A stretch of DNA of 64,000 nucleotides, from IMG/VR virus record IMGVR_UViG_3300037222_000100, positions 64,001-128,000 of that record; one strand, given 5' to 3'. The notes beneath the pieces are model-generated. The model saw nothing but the letters and a program-made list of their open reading frames with translations, had not been told where the DNA came from and ran no database searches. This document shows, piece by piece, positions 1 to 8,980 of the stretch (positions are counted from its first letter, which is position 1; every line of letters starts with the position of its first letter). The translations under genes were made by a program, and so were the position numbers. The stretch comes from a virus.

Positions 1-1
1 A

Positions 2-397
2 AGCGTTGGAACAATGACCTTCCGGATCGGAGGTAAGTTCGATGCGACTCTGGTTCGTTTCGATCCCCGCGAGCGGGAAGTCAGGCAACGAGAAGGTGAT
101 GTAGTCGCTATCTGAGAAGTCCGTTTCCAGATCAAGAGGGTGGTCTGGCGTAGCTGACTCCAAGAACGTCAGTTCTTCTGTCGTGTCGAGTTTGAGCGCC
201 GGATACTGGGCAACGGTTGGCTGGAACCCAAAGATGCCCTCGCTCCAGCGCTCATTCGAATCGGCCATGAAAGTACGAATGTCAACGTGCCTCTGGTAGG
301 GGAAATGTTGGCGCGTTTCTTCGTCGTAAGCGTCATAGTTGATCCAGGCGTCCAGGTCGAACTCCTCGTGCAGCGGGATGTTAGAGCGTTCGGTCAT
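2..397 (-). CDS. Partial virion structural protein (runs off the left edge)
   Basis: ATG at 397 directly follows the TAA of the upstream gene. The frame MTERSNIPLHEEFDLDAWINYD... stays open to the window edge. Not in the ORF track. Confidence 0.75.
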   Translation of the reverse strand, partial: MTERSNIPLHEEFDLDAWINYDAYDEETRQHFPYQRHVDIRTFMADSNERWSEGIFGFQPTVAQYPALKLDTTEELTFLESATPDHPLDLETDFSDSDYITFSLPDFPLAGIETNQSRIELTSDPEGHCSNA

Positions 398-2731
398 TTA
401 GTAGGTGAACCAATCCAGGTCTTCGACCACGAAGTCATTGCGGTCAGTATTTACATCGTCAGCACCCGTCTCGATGTAAAGCGATGTGTCACTTGCCTGC
501 GTGTAGGTGTTGCGGATGAACGCTAGCTCGTTGAGGCCCGCGAAGTAAGCGCGGTTGTCTTCGAGGAGCGCACTCAGTTCCTTGTATTCGTGACGACAGG
601 TAACCCAGAAGAACATGACTGGCATTGACTGATCCAGGATGATCGCCTGCCTGTCTAGTCCTGATACGGCGATGCTTGGGTTGCCTTCGAATGTGGGCGT
701 GCCCTCGACAGGGTAGTTTTCCTGATTGTGAGCGTTGAAAGCAGCTTTCTGTCCAAGCAGCGTAAGCGGGTGTGCCCGTGCAGCGGGAGGCTGGAGGTAA
801 GTGTTGATCGTGAGGTTGATCCTTTCCAGCGTTTCGGGGTCCACCTTATTGGCAGCGGGTCCGGCGATAGCGGGCGGCGGTTCAGGATGTTCTGGAGACA
901 GCGGTCCTTGCTGGAGGCCCGCGAGGAGTGGTTTGTACGCGAGATTGAGTGCGTCGTATGCTACGCCTACGCGCTTGGCCACGAAGGCTGGCGTGCTGAT
1001 TTCTGCGAGGAATGGGGTAGCTACCCAGTCAGGGAAGAGCTTGTACTGTGTCGGCTTCTGATAGTCGCCCGGATCATAGGGTCGAGCTTGAAGTTGACTG
1101 AACTCGATCTTGACGAACTTGGCAACGATGGGTTCTGGTAGCACATACGTCGTCTTGACGGCAGTCATAAAGGACTGCGGGACGTGAATCCATAGCTTCT
1201 GCTCCCACTGTTCGTCCGTCATTTCTCCTTCTTCCTCGCTGCCGGTGAGGTCTGTCGTGTAATAGACATTGAAGGCCACGCCTGGCGTGATCGGATCGAG
1301 GAGTACTGAGTCGATGACAACGGTATCGTCTTCAACCTCTGGCTCACGAATTTCGACGGAGCCAGAGCGACCGCGCTGATTTTCCCACTTCGAGCTAGGG
1401 CTGTCGCCATCGATATAGCTCGCGGCGACGAGTCCGCTGTTGACCATGGCTCCGTCGAGATAGAACGTATGCGCTGGCGTTTCTACATCGTGCAGATCGG
1501 ACGGAAGAGGGATCACAACGCCCACAGAGGTCGTTCCTGAAGCCACAGGTGTGAGCGTGACCGAGAATCGCGTCCATTCGCTGGTGATTTCCACTCGTAC
1601 TTCTTCATAACCAACTTCGCCATCGCCGATGACGAGTGCCACTTTGAAACCAGGTCCTATGGTCCGCGCCCAGATCGAGAACGTAATCGGTTTGTTCATG
1701 CCAACCTGGATTTCGTCCTGGTAGGCTCCTTCGGGTTCGAAGTAGCGTTTGACCGGATGCTCGTGTGTATTCACTTCGAGGCAGTGCGTCCCGTGAGGCG
1801 TTTCGAGCGTGTTGATGACGTTGAGAGTGGCCAGAGAATCGTAGTCGGAGAACGCGAGGCGTGCGTGAAGTTTCTGACGGAATTCCCCCGCTTTGATTTC
1901 TTCGACAGTAAAGGGTTCGACGGGTGTGAGGTCAGCTAGCGGTGGTGTGACTGTCCAGAGAGCCGGGGGCTGACCTACGATGTCATACTCGAAGCTTGGG
2001 TTCGTGATGCGATTGATCGTGCCGTACACGGGAACCTCCGGGAACGGGCGTACATCGGAGTAGTGACTAGTGACTGCAAAGCTCGATGGCTGTGGCGCAG
2101 AGAGCCAGTAGCCCGTCTCGACGTTGCCCCCGACTGGAGCTTGTGCTGAGGTATGAACCGCAACAGAGCGGTAAGGGTCCCCCAGGAAGTCCGTGCCGCT
2201 GTCGGCGGTAAGGCCGAGGAGTCGGAAGCAGAACGAGCCGGAGGGGCTGAGAGGGGTCTTCCCGTCGCTCTGGAAGCCTTCTACGAACCCCGGCAGTGGG
2301 TTGGGGTGCGCATAGAAGACATCTTCGATTCCGGACGCCGCCTGAAAGCCGATTCGTAGCTGTGATACGTCTGTGGTCATGCTGGCGTCTACGGGAATCT
2401 CCTTGTCCAGGATGACATCCATCCAGACCTGGCCATCAGCCTGCGCCCCGACGACAGTGCCTTTGGCTAGCGAGGTCCAGCCAGACCCAAAGAAGTACTC
2501 ATCGATAGTCCAATTCAACGTGGCGATTTTCTCCTGGCCTGCCGCTATAGCCACGAGAAGTTGAAACCCAGAAAGGCTAGGAAAGCGCTGCTCGTCGCTG
2601 CGCGTACCGTGTCGATAATCTTCCGGAAGCCGGAAGGTTTGGTAGTGGAAGTCGGGACCAGCAGAGAGCGTCGCCGTCACGACGTTCTGATCGATCACCA
2701 CTCCACTGTATTCGGCGCAAACGTTCAGCAT
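398..2731 (-). CDS. Baseplate/tail structural protein with a carbohydrate-binding-module-like (CBM4/9-type) insert
   Basis: 777-aa ORF in the baseplate operon. The segment NRITNPSFE...ITFSIWAR...ITSEWTRFSVT...FYLDGAMV...SYIDGD resembles galactose-binding-like modules of actinophage tail proteins. ATG is preceded by TAAT-N5. Confidence 0.65.
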   Translation of the reverse strand: MLNVCAEYSGVVIDQNVVTATLSAGPDFHYQTFRLPEDYRHGTRSDEQRFPSLSGFQLLVAIAAGQEKIATLNWTIDEYFFGSGWTSLAKGTVVGAQADGQVWMDVILDKEIPVDASMTTDVSQLRIGFQAASGIEDVFYAHPNPLPGFVEGFQSDGKTPLSPSGSFCFRLLGLTADSGTDFLGDPYRSVAVHTSAQAPVGGNVETGYWLSAPQPSSFAVTSHYSDVRPFPEVPVYGTINRITNPSFEYDIVGQPPALWTVTPPLADLTPVEPFTVEEIKAGEFRQKLHARLAFSDYDSLATLNVINTLETPHGTHCLEVNTHEHPVKRYFEPEGAYQDEIQVGMNKPITFSIWARTIGPGFKVALVIGDGEVGYEEVRVEITSEWTRFSVTLTPVASGTTSVGVVIPLPSDLHDVETPAHTFYLDGAMVNSGLVAASYIDGDSPSSKWENQRGRSGSVEIREPEVEDDTVVIDSVLLDPITPGVAFNVYYTTDLTGSEEEGEMTDEQWEQKLWIHVPQSFMTAVKTTYVLPEPIVAKFVKIEFSQLQARPYDPGDYQKPTQYKLFPDWVATPFLAEISTPAFVAKRVGVAYDALNLAYKPLLAGLQQGPLSPEHPEPPPAIAGPAANKVDPETLERINLTINTYLQPPAARAHPLTLLGQKAAFNAHNQENYPVEGTPTFEGNPSIAVSGLDRQAIILDQSMPVMFFWVTCRHEYKELSALLEDNRAYFAGLNELAFIRNTYTQASDTSLYIETGADDVNTDRNDFVVEDLDWFTY

Positions 2732-2755
2732 CACACATTAGGGGGAAGAAGTGGT

Positions 2756-4753
2756 CTACGGCGATACATTGCGACCGATGCGCAGGTTGCGTACCTCAAC
2801 GCTGTAAGGAGTAAAGCTTCCATCCGCTTCTAGGAACACGCCAGGGCGACGTATGAACTCGATTCGGATGAATCGTGTGAAGATCATGCTGCCGAGGGCG
2901 TTCTCGACGTTGAGAGACACGAGACTCCAGTTGTTCTCGTGGGTCGCATCGTAATGCAAGCTGAGCACTGATGAGGCTTCACGTTCGTTGACGTAGGTGA
3001 CGGGCACAAAGCGACGCGCTGGAGCGCCGTCGAGCAGATCGTAGCTGACCAAGATGTCGTGCGGCTTCTTCGTTGCTTCAAAGACGATGAAGTTGACGCC
3101 CTGTACCTTGCCCAGATCGATCTCTAGGAAGTCTTCCCCTTCTGGACGCTCTAGAGAAGACCAGAAAGGAGCCGTTTCGGATGGGGCTCCCGAGATGGTC
3201 GTAAGCGTTTGATAGTCCACTGGGTAGATACCATTGACGAGGGGTACCGCACCTGCCTGTGTGGTTAGCGGTTCTGGTGGATCGACAGGTCCGTCTACGG
3301 CCTTGAATTCCTCGGTGGTGGTGTTGAAGGTGGCGAGGAATGGGAAGAGCGCACGTTGCGCAGGAGAGTAGATGCCAATATGTTCGTCTTTGTAGTTGTC
3401 TTGAACCGTGGGCCACAAGACAGTCGCATAATCAGGGTCGGTCAACGCAGCCTCGGTGTATGCGACTGCTGTACTGATATTGTGGAAATTGACGTAATGA
3501 GACTGCTGTGCGTTGAGGGATACAGGACCCTCGTGCTCGATTCCGGGTTCGATCCAGTGCGTTGCATCAACCGGTGGCCATGGCAGACCGCGCCTACCTG
3601 TGACGTAGCGCAAGACCTCGATGAATTCGGAATCTGCGAAGGACGCGCTCGGTATCTGACGCTTGGTGATGCCCGGAGCTTTGCCGGGTGTTACGATGGC
3701 CGTCATCGGCTTGATGTTGTCGATAGCAGCCTGCGCGTAGTACCAGTCTTCGACCGGGATAATCGCTGTCTCGCCATCAGCAGAGACACCGACCTGTCCG
3801 ACTTCTACTTCAATCTCAACGAGATGTTCTTCGAAATCCGCAAGAGAGTTTTGCACAACAAGGATTTCCGGAATGGGCCTATCTGCCAGTTCGCCCGTGA
3901 AGCGGACGGTAATGGGGTTACCGGGAAGAGGTCCACCTTCGGTCACGACGTTGTGAGAGCCCACGACAGATAGGGCTTCGAGCGCTTCGCGAACTTCTAT
4001 GAAGTCGGCATTGAATTGAAGCAACCCGGTAATGGTCGTGTTCTGGGGACCACCTTCTCCGTTTGCCCCCATTGGGATAGCAAGCCGGAAGGTACCCTGG
4101 AGCGGATTACCTAGAATCGAGAGCGTCTGCTGTGAACTTTGTGGTCGCTCTTGACGCGGGAGAAGAATGACCTCCTCGGTCGATTTGGTCACCCCGATGA
4201 AATCGATCCCAAGTGGGTCATCAGAGTATTTGTCGTACAGCGCGCGGTAATTCTCTACCACTTCCACGGCATGATCGAGGCCGGACTTGGCCGCAAGCGT
4301 AAGGCCCAGAAGCGTGCCGCCAGCACGAATGGCCTTGAGATAGTTGATGGCGCGATTCTTGTAGGAAGCATCCGATTCCTGAATCTTCTCCCACTTAGCA
4401 TTCGAGAGAAGCCCCTCGGTATCGTCCTCGTACGTCTCGAAGGCAAGGCGAGCAAAGGAAAACGGTTCTGCATAGAGGGCGTCGAGTTCTGTCGTACGCA
4501 GACCATTAGCTTCGACGGCAAGTCGAGCTTCGAGGAAGTTCTTCTTGAGTCCACCCACTCCAGCGGGACCCAGTAGCGTGTACATGATCGCGACGAGGTT
4601 AGAATCAAGCGACTTGTTATAGAGCGATTCCGGGAAGGCATCAAGGTAGTTGATAGGGTGTTTGGGTCCACCCTGCGGCTCGATGAAGAACTGCTGGTTG
4701 ATGACACCCGTAATGTCAGGCGGTTCGACTGTGCTGTTGATCGGTTCTGCCAT
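2756..4753 (-). CDS. Baseplate wedge protein (follows the J-like gene) with a C-terminal discoidin-like segment
   Basis: Start reassigned to ATG 4753 (MAEPINST; TAATG overlap with the HNH stop). Synteny after baseplate J. C-terminal FLEIDLGKVQGVNFIVF...TRFIRIEF segment. Confidence 0.65.
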   Translation of the reverse strand: MAEPINSTVEPPDITGVINQQFFIEPQGGPKHPINYLDAFPESLYNKSLDSNLVAIMYTLLGPAGVGGLKKNFLEARLAVEANGLRTTELDALYAEPFSFARLAFETYEDDTEGLLSNAKWEKIQESDASYKNRAINYLKAIRAGGTLLGLTLAAKSGLDHAVEVVENYRALYDKYSDDPLGIDFIGVTKSTEEVILLPRQERPQSSQQTLSILGNPLQGTFRLAIPMGANGEGGPQNTTITGLLQFNADFIEVREALEALSVVGSHNVVTEGGPLPGNPITVRFTGELADRPIPEILVVQNSLADFEEHLVEIEVEVGQVGVSADGETAIIPVEDWYYAQAAIDNIKPMTAIVTPGKAPGITKRQIPSASFADSEFIEVLRYVTGRRGLPWPPVDATHWIEPGIEHEGPVSLNAQQSHYVNFHNISTAVAYTEAALTDPDYATVLWPTVQDNYKDEHIGIYSPAQRALFPFLATFNTTTEEFKAVDGPVDPPEPLTTQAGAVPLVNGIYPVDYQTLTTISGAPSETAPFWSSLERPEGEDFLEIDLGKVQGVNFIVFEATKKPHDILVSYDLLDGAPARRFVPVTYVNEREASSVLSLHYDATHENNWSLVSLNVENALGSMIFTRFIRIEFIRRPGVFLEADGSFTPYSVEVRNLRIGRNVSP

Positions 4754-5163
4754 TACAACTCCACAGGTTCGACATGGTGCGACCCACATTCAGAGCATCG
4801 TATGACAATGCCAGGACCATGTTGCCCTTGACGCAGTTGAAGGTTCTCAATGCGATTATCGGCTTTGTCTTCGTTGATGTGATGCACCGTCTCTGATGCG
4901 AGGAGCGCTCTGCCAAGAGCGACTTCTATTACCAATCGATGCTCTCTCTTGAGGCCCTCTTCACAGCGTACTTTGATATACCCTTCGCCGTCCAGTTTGC
5001 GCCAATGACCCGGCTCAGGCCAGTACGGTCGATCATATCTCATCGGAAACTTCGCGCCATTGAGTACTTTGTAAATCTTGGACTTGTACGTGCCCAAGTC
5101 TCTCATGATTTGAGTGATGGTGTCGCCTCGTTGATAGGCGTCTAGGATGGCCTCATCGATCAT
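4753..5163 (-). CDS. HNH homing endonuclease
   Basis: EHRLVIEVALGRALLASETVHHINEDKADNRIENLQL is a classic HNH_3 motif. HTH-like N-terminus. Confidence 0.92.
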   Translation of the reverse strand: MIDEAILDAYQRGDTITQIMRDLGTYKSKIYKVLNGAKFPMRYDRPYWPEPGHWRKLDGEGYIKVRCEEGLKREHRLVIEVALGRALLASETVHHINEDKADNRIENLQLRQGQHGPGIVIRCSECGSHHVEPVEL

Positions 5164-5167
5164 CGAT

Positions 5168-7843
5168 CTAAGCCTTCTGCCATACGTTCTCAGCGCGAGG
5201 ACGAATGATCAGACCCGGAACCGTGTCTCCTTCTTGCAGTCCGGTTGGCAGAGTAGGCAACTCGTCATCGCGTAGGAAGAAGTCGGAATCGTAGACGTAT
5301 TCGCCACCCTCCACAGGGGTTTCGGTGCTGTAGATAGCCTGTGGAATTGGGATACCCGCGACTTCTTCGCCATAGGCGATACGGAAGGAGCGAATGGGGC
5401 TTGCTACGCCCACGAGTGAACGCGAGTCCTCGGTCACGGTCAGTTCTGGCGCTTCCGGATGCGCAATGCGCAGAGCAGCTTCCAGTTCAGCGGCGGTTAC
5501 GGTGGCGATAGGAAGCGCAGTCGTTTCAAGTTCTCCTTCGACCGCGCCATAGCGAAGTCGGAATGTGCCCTCTGTTGGATTACCCGTGATGTAGAGTGTT
5601 TGAATGGCCGTATCACCTGTGCTACCCCACCGGAAGCGGTCGCCGGTAACGCCACGAAGAGGTACGCCGTGGTTGTCCGTCTCGAACACGCGTACGAGAT
5701 TGTGATCGTTCGGGACATCGTTCGACCAACGAACATTCTGGACGCCCGCGACGTTGTGAATCTGCTGAAGTAGATCGGAGAGACGAATGACACTGCCGAA
5801 GTACTGATTGGCGAAGAAGGTTGCTAGCGCTTCGCGGATGTTTGTGTTGACCGTAGCGGGCGTAGCCTGCGGCGAGTAAACGACGGTGATGTCAAGCTTG
5901 AAGAAGCGCAGATGTGCCTTGTGAGCCAGCACATCGGTAGTGATCTGTCGATTGGCCTCCAGTGCAGCTTGCAAATCTTCAATGTTCTGATCGTAGAAAT
6001 ACGGTTCGACTTCGAGCGTCGTGGGACTGTGAATTTCGCTGAATCGAAAACCTCCATATTCGGGTTCTGGTTTTGCGGGAGTCGGAATACCTTCTTCGGG
6101 TCCGCCCCTATCGCCCTTGATCGTGGCGCTCCACTCGATGCCATCGCGAGCGCGGATCGTGCCCTCGTGAAGAGACACATTATGCACAAGCCAGTAATGG
6201 GTGCCGAGGTAGTATTTGCTTTCTCCGATGGTGATCTGTTGCGGCAGATTGAGGATAGGCTGCGAGAAGAGCGGAGTAAGGATGTTGCCTTCCATAGGAC
6301 GCTTTGTCGGTTCCCCATCGCGTCGATAGTTCTCGTAGTAGTACATGCTGATCGGGTCATCCACAAACGCCTGTGTGCTCGTCGCAAGGGGCGCGGTGAA
6401 GATCGTAGATGTGGCCTGTTCGTTGCCACCATCTACGTAGACATCAACCGCATTCGTGACGTTGTGCAGGATGCTGTTGCGCGAGGATGTTGATGTGTAG
6501 GCGTATTCGATCAACACGATATCTTCTGGGGCGACGGCCTTGATTGCTTCCTGAGCACCTAGATAGACGTTGATGAACGTGAGGTTGGGCTGTGTGCGTC
6601 CGGTAGGGTCGGTACGGGGGTCTGGGCTCGTGCTATCGATCATGGCGCGCAGCGTGTCTCCCTGGAGCGCAGGCGGGAAGCTGAAGTTGAAGTCTACGCC
6701 CTCGCGGAAGAAGAATTTGCTAATGCCCGATGTGATGTTCGATACGAAGACGGGGAGCGTACCCCAGATTTCCTTGGCGAACGGATTGCTGGACAGGCCA
6801 GTGGTCCACTGATCCACGAGTAGTTCTTCTGCTGGCGTTTTGTCTCCAACGAAGAGCCATCCGTCATCCACTTTGGGCTCCGACATGCCTTTGCTAAGAA
6901 CCAATTCGGTTCCGTTCAAGACTTCTTTGATCGTACCCGAGAAGATCAAGGCCGGGTTACTGCCGCCTTCGTAGACGAGCGCCGGTTCACCCGCTTTGAC
7001 CCCGATGGTGGACTCGATGATGATTGTGGCTGCTTCACCATTACAGCGCACCATGGTGGGGTATGGCACGCCGCTGTAAGGAGTGCCTCCACCGAATGGA
7101 TAGGCCGTCGTATCATCGCCCTTCGGGACCTGGACATACTCCTGATATTTGGAGATTGGTCCGATGGCGACGGCCTTTGTGCTGAAGGCCGTAGCAACAG
7201 CGAGTGCTAGGAATTGATCCTGCGTACCCGCGAGGTTCCTAAAGACGGTATTCTTGAACCGGACCTTGAAGCTGTTGTCGTCCTCTTGATCGGACCCTCC
7301 AGTCGTAGCAGCCGGATTGGTGACGCCCGTGATGCCCAAGATCGACGCTTGGAAAACGAGGATCGTAATCGCTTCAGCCGGGACGTTTCCTGGCGAACCG
7401 GCGTTACGGGCACGCACTGGACAGAGAGGCGTTTCAGTTTCTCCTGCGGGCAACGTCACCGATGCCGTTGTGACGAATTCCTGCAACAGACCGTCTGTTG
7501 TGGTGGCTACGTGGGACTTGAGGATGACGCCTGCGGGAATGACGATATCGACATTGACTGGCGATGTGCGAGTGAACTTGACGAAGCCGGTTGCCGTAGA
7601 CGCTTGAAGTCGGTCGAACCCAAAGAGGGCCATGAAGTTCGTGAGGTTCGACCCGAACTTGCTATCTACGTTGAGGGCATTCTGGAGCCCGATAAGGTCA
7701 ATCGAGTTCTCTGAAATGGCATTGGCTACTGTGTCGAAGACGAGGCGCTCAGGGGTACCTACTTCAGCCGAGATCGACGGCTTGAGCAAGCGTACCTGCG
7801 CAACCATCTGTTCTGCAATCTGCTGCTGTGTCAAGACGGGCAT
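5168..7843 (-). CDS. Baseplate J-like wedge protein
   Basis: N-terminal ATGFVKFTR...IPAGVIL...VRARNAGSPGNV...VTNPAATTGGSDQEDD.SFKVR is typical of baseplate J/gp47. Also C-terminal FGSVIRLSDLLQQIHNVAGV. Confidence 0.9.
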   Translation of the reverse strand: MPVLTQQQIAEQMVAQVRLLKPSISAEVGTPERLVFDTVANAISENSIDLIGLQNALNVDSKFGSNLTNFMALFGFDRLQASTATGFVKFTRTSPVNVDIVIPAGVILKSHVATTTDGLLQEFVTTASVTLPAGETETPLCPVRARNAGSPGNVPAEAITILVFQASILGITGVTNPAATTGGSDQEDDNSFKVRFKNTVFRNLAGTQDQFLALAVATAFSTKAVAIGPISKYQEYVQVPKGDDTTAYPFGGGTPYSGVPYPTMVRCNGEAATIIIESTIGVKAGEPALVYEGGSNPALIFSGTIKEVLNGTELVLSKGMSEPKVDDGWLFVGDKTPAEELLVDQWTTGLSSNPFAKEIWGTLPVFVSNITSGISKFFFREGVDFNFSFPPALQGDTLRAMIDSTSPDPRTDPTGRTQPNLTFINVYLGAQEAIKAVAPEDIVLIEYAYTSTSSRNSILHNVTNAVDVYVDGGNEQATSTIFTAPLATSTQAFVDDPISMYYYENYRRDGEPTKRPMEGNILTPLFSQPILNLPQQITIGESKYYLGTHYWLVHNVSLHEGTIRARDGIEWSATIKGDRGGPEEGIPTPAKPEPEYGGFRFSEIHSPTTLEVEPYFYDQNIEDLQAALEANRQITTDVLAHKAHLRFFKLDITVVYSPQATPATVNTNIREALATFFANQYFGSVIRLSDLLQQIHNVAGVQNVRWSNDVPNDHNLVRVFETDNHGVPLRGVTGDRFRWGSTGDTAIQTLYITGNPTEGTFRLRYGAVEGELETTALPIATVTAAELEAALRIAHPEAPELTVTEDSRSLVGVASPIRSFRIAYGEEVAGIPIPQAIYSTETPVEGGEYVYDSDFFLRDDELPTLPTGLQEGDTVPGLIIRPRAENVWQKA

Positions 7844-8298
7844 TATGGAGTCACCGGAATGTTGAGTTCGAGCGTGTCATTCCCAATTTCGAGCGTCAAA
7901 GTACAGATCAGGTGATCCTGCGCCTGGACGAAGGATAGGTCCACGATGCGCAACAGAATCTCACCGGGCGTAAGCGTGAAGCGCCCAAAACGCGACGCAT
8001 CAGATTCGTTGCGCGCGATCTGCTGCGCCTGGTAGTTTTGACAGATGCGCACTAGCTCTGCGTTGACAACGGTGGCGATACGACTGAAGTCTTTTTCGCC
8101 GAAGATGCCAGGGATATCGGGGTTGATGAGGTTGTCCTCTAGGGTCGAACCAAATTCCGGGTGCAGTTCATCAAACCCTAGCGGTGTCAGGATGGCACAC
8201 TTGAGGTCTTGCTGGAGCTTGGCAGCGTCCACGACGGTACCCAAGGAGGTACCGCTGAGTGCCAGATCGCCGTTTGTGAGTTGCAATGAGAAGCTCAT
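7843..8298 (-). CDS. Baseplate wedge subunit, gp25/gpW-like
   Basis: 151 aa with GDL...KLQQDLKCAILTPLG...HPEFGS motif, directly upstream of baseplate J. Confidence 0.8.
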   Translation of the reverse strand: MSFSLQLTNGDLALSGTSLGTVVDAAKLQQDLKCAILTPLGFDELHPEFGSTLEDNLINPDIPGIFGEKDFSRIATVVNAELVRICQNYQAQQIARNESDASRFGRFTLTPGEILLRIVDLSFVQAQDHLICTLTLEIGNDTLELNIPVTP

Positions 8299-8329
8299 CC
8301 GCCTATTACCTACCCGAGACGCTCTACGA

Positions 8330-8980
8330 TCATACGCTTTCCCACAAGGCGACGATGCTCACATCGGGAGCGTTGCTGCCTTTGATAATCGCCGGTACTC
8401 CAGGGGGGAGCACAATGGTCAACGTCGTTTTGTAGTTTAGTCCAACGGAACCCGAACGTTCGGTAATCGCGATCACGTCTCCTTCTACTTCGATGGCCCC
8501 AAACTGCTCCACTTCAGTGATGTTGAAAATGACCAGAAGGAATCGGGCCTTCTCTTGTGCTTTGACTTCGTAAGTTCCTAGTCCTTTCCCTTTTGCGGCT
8601 TTGTCTTCTACGTATCCTGATACGCTAAGTTGAGTTTGTAGTAGTGGTTCAAGTTGGCCATCGACGTTCTTCCAGATGGTGCCCGTTGAAGCGGTAATCA
8701 CAGTATCCCCTGGCTGCACATGTATAGGCGCGCCTGGGGTTGGTTCGAACGGCGTCTGTTCCTCCCAGATACCCTCCAAGAACCACGAGCCGTTTTCTTC
8801 GCGCACGATCCACTTCTCGCCTACCTTTGGCCACCGGAAAGTAGGCGATGCAGAATAGGCGTTGATCTGGATGACCTCGCCGCGTTGGGTTTGTGCTTCG
8901 ATGATGCGATTCGCTGGGTCACAAGTGATAATGCGACAGCCACGCTTGACCTGCTGGTTCATGTGGTCACTGAGGCCCAT
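8330..8980 (-). CDS. Putative baseplate spike/gpV-like protein
   Basis: OB-like N-terminus with PKVGEKWIV...WFLEG, located between the hub and gp25-like genes. Confidence 0.55.
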   Translation of the reverse strand: MGLSDHMNQQVKRGCRIITCDPANRIIEAQTQRGEVIQINAYSASPTFRWPKVGEKWIVREENGSWFLEGIWEEQTPFEPTPGAPIHVQPGDTVITASTGTIWKNVDGQLEPLLQTQLSVSGYVEDKAAKGKGLGTYEVKAQEKARFLLVIFNITEVEQFGAIEVEGDVIAITERSGSVGLNYKTTLTIVLPPGVPAIIKGSNAPDVSIVALWESV

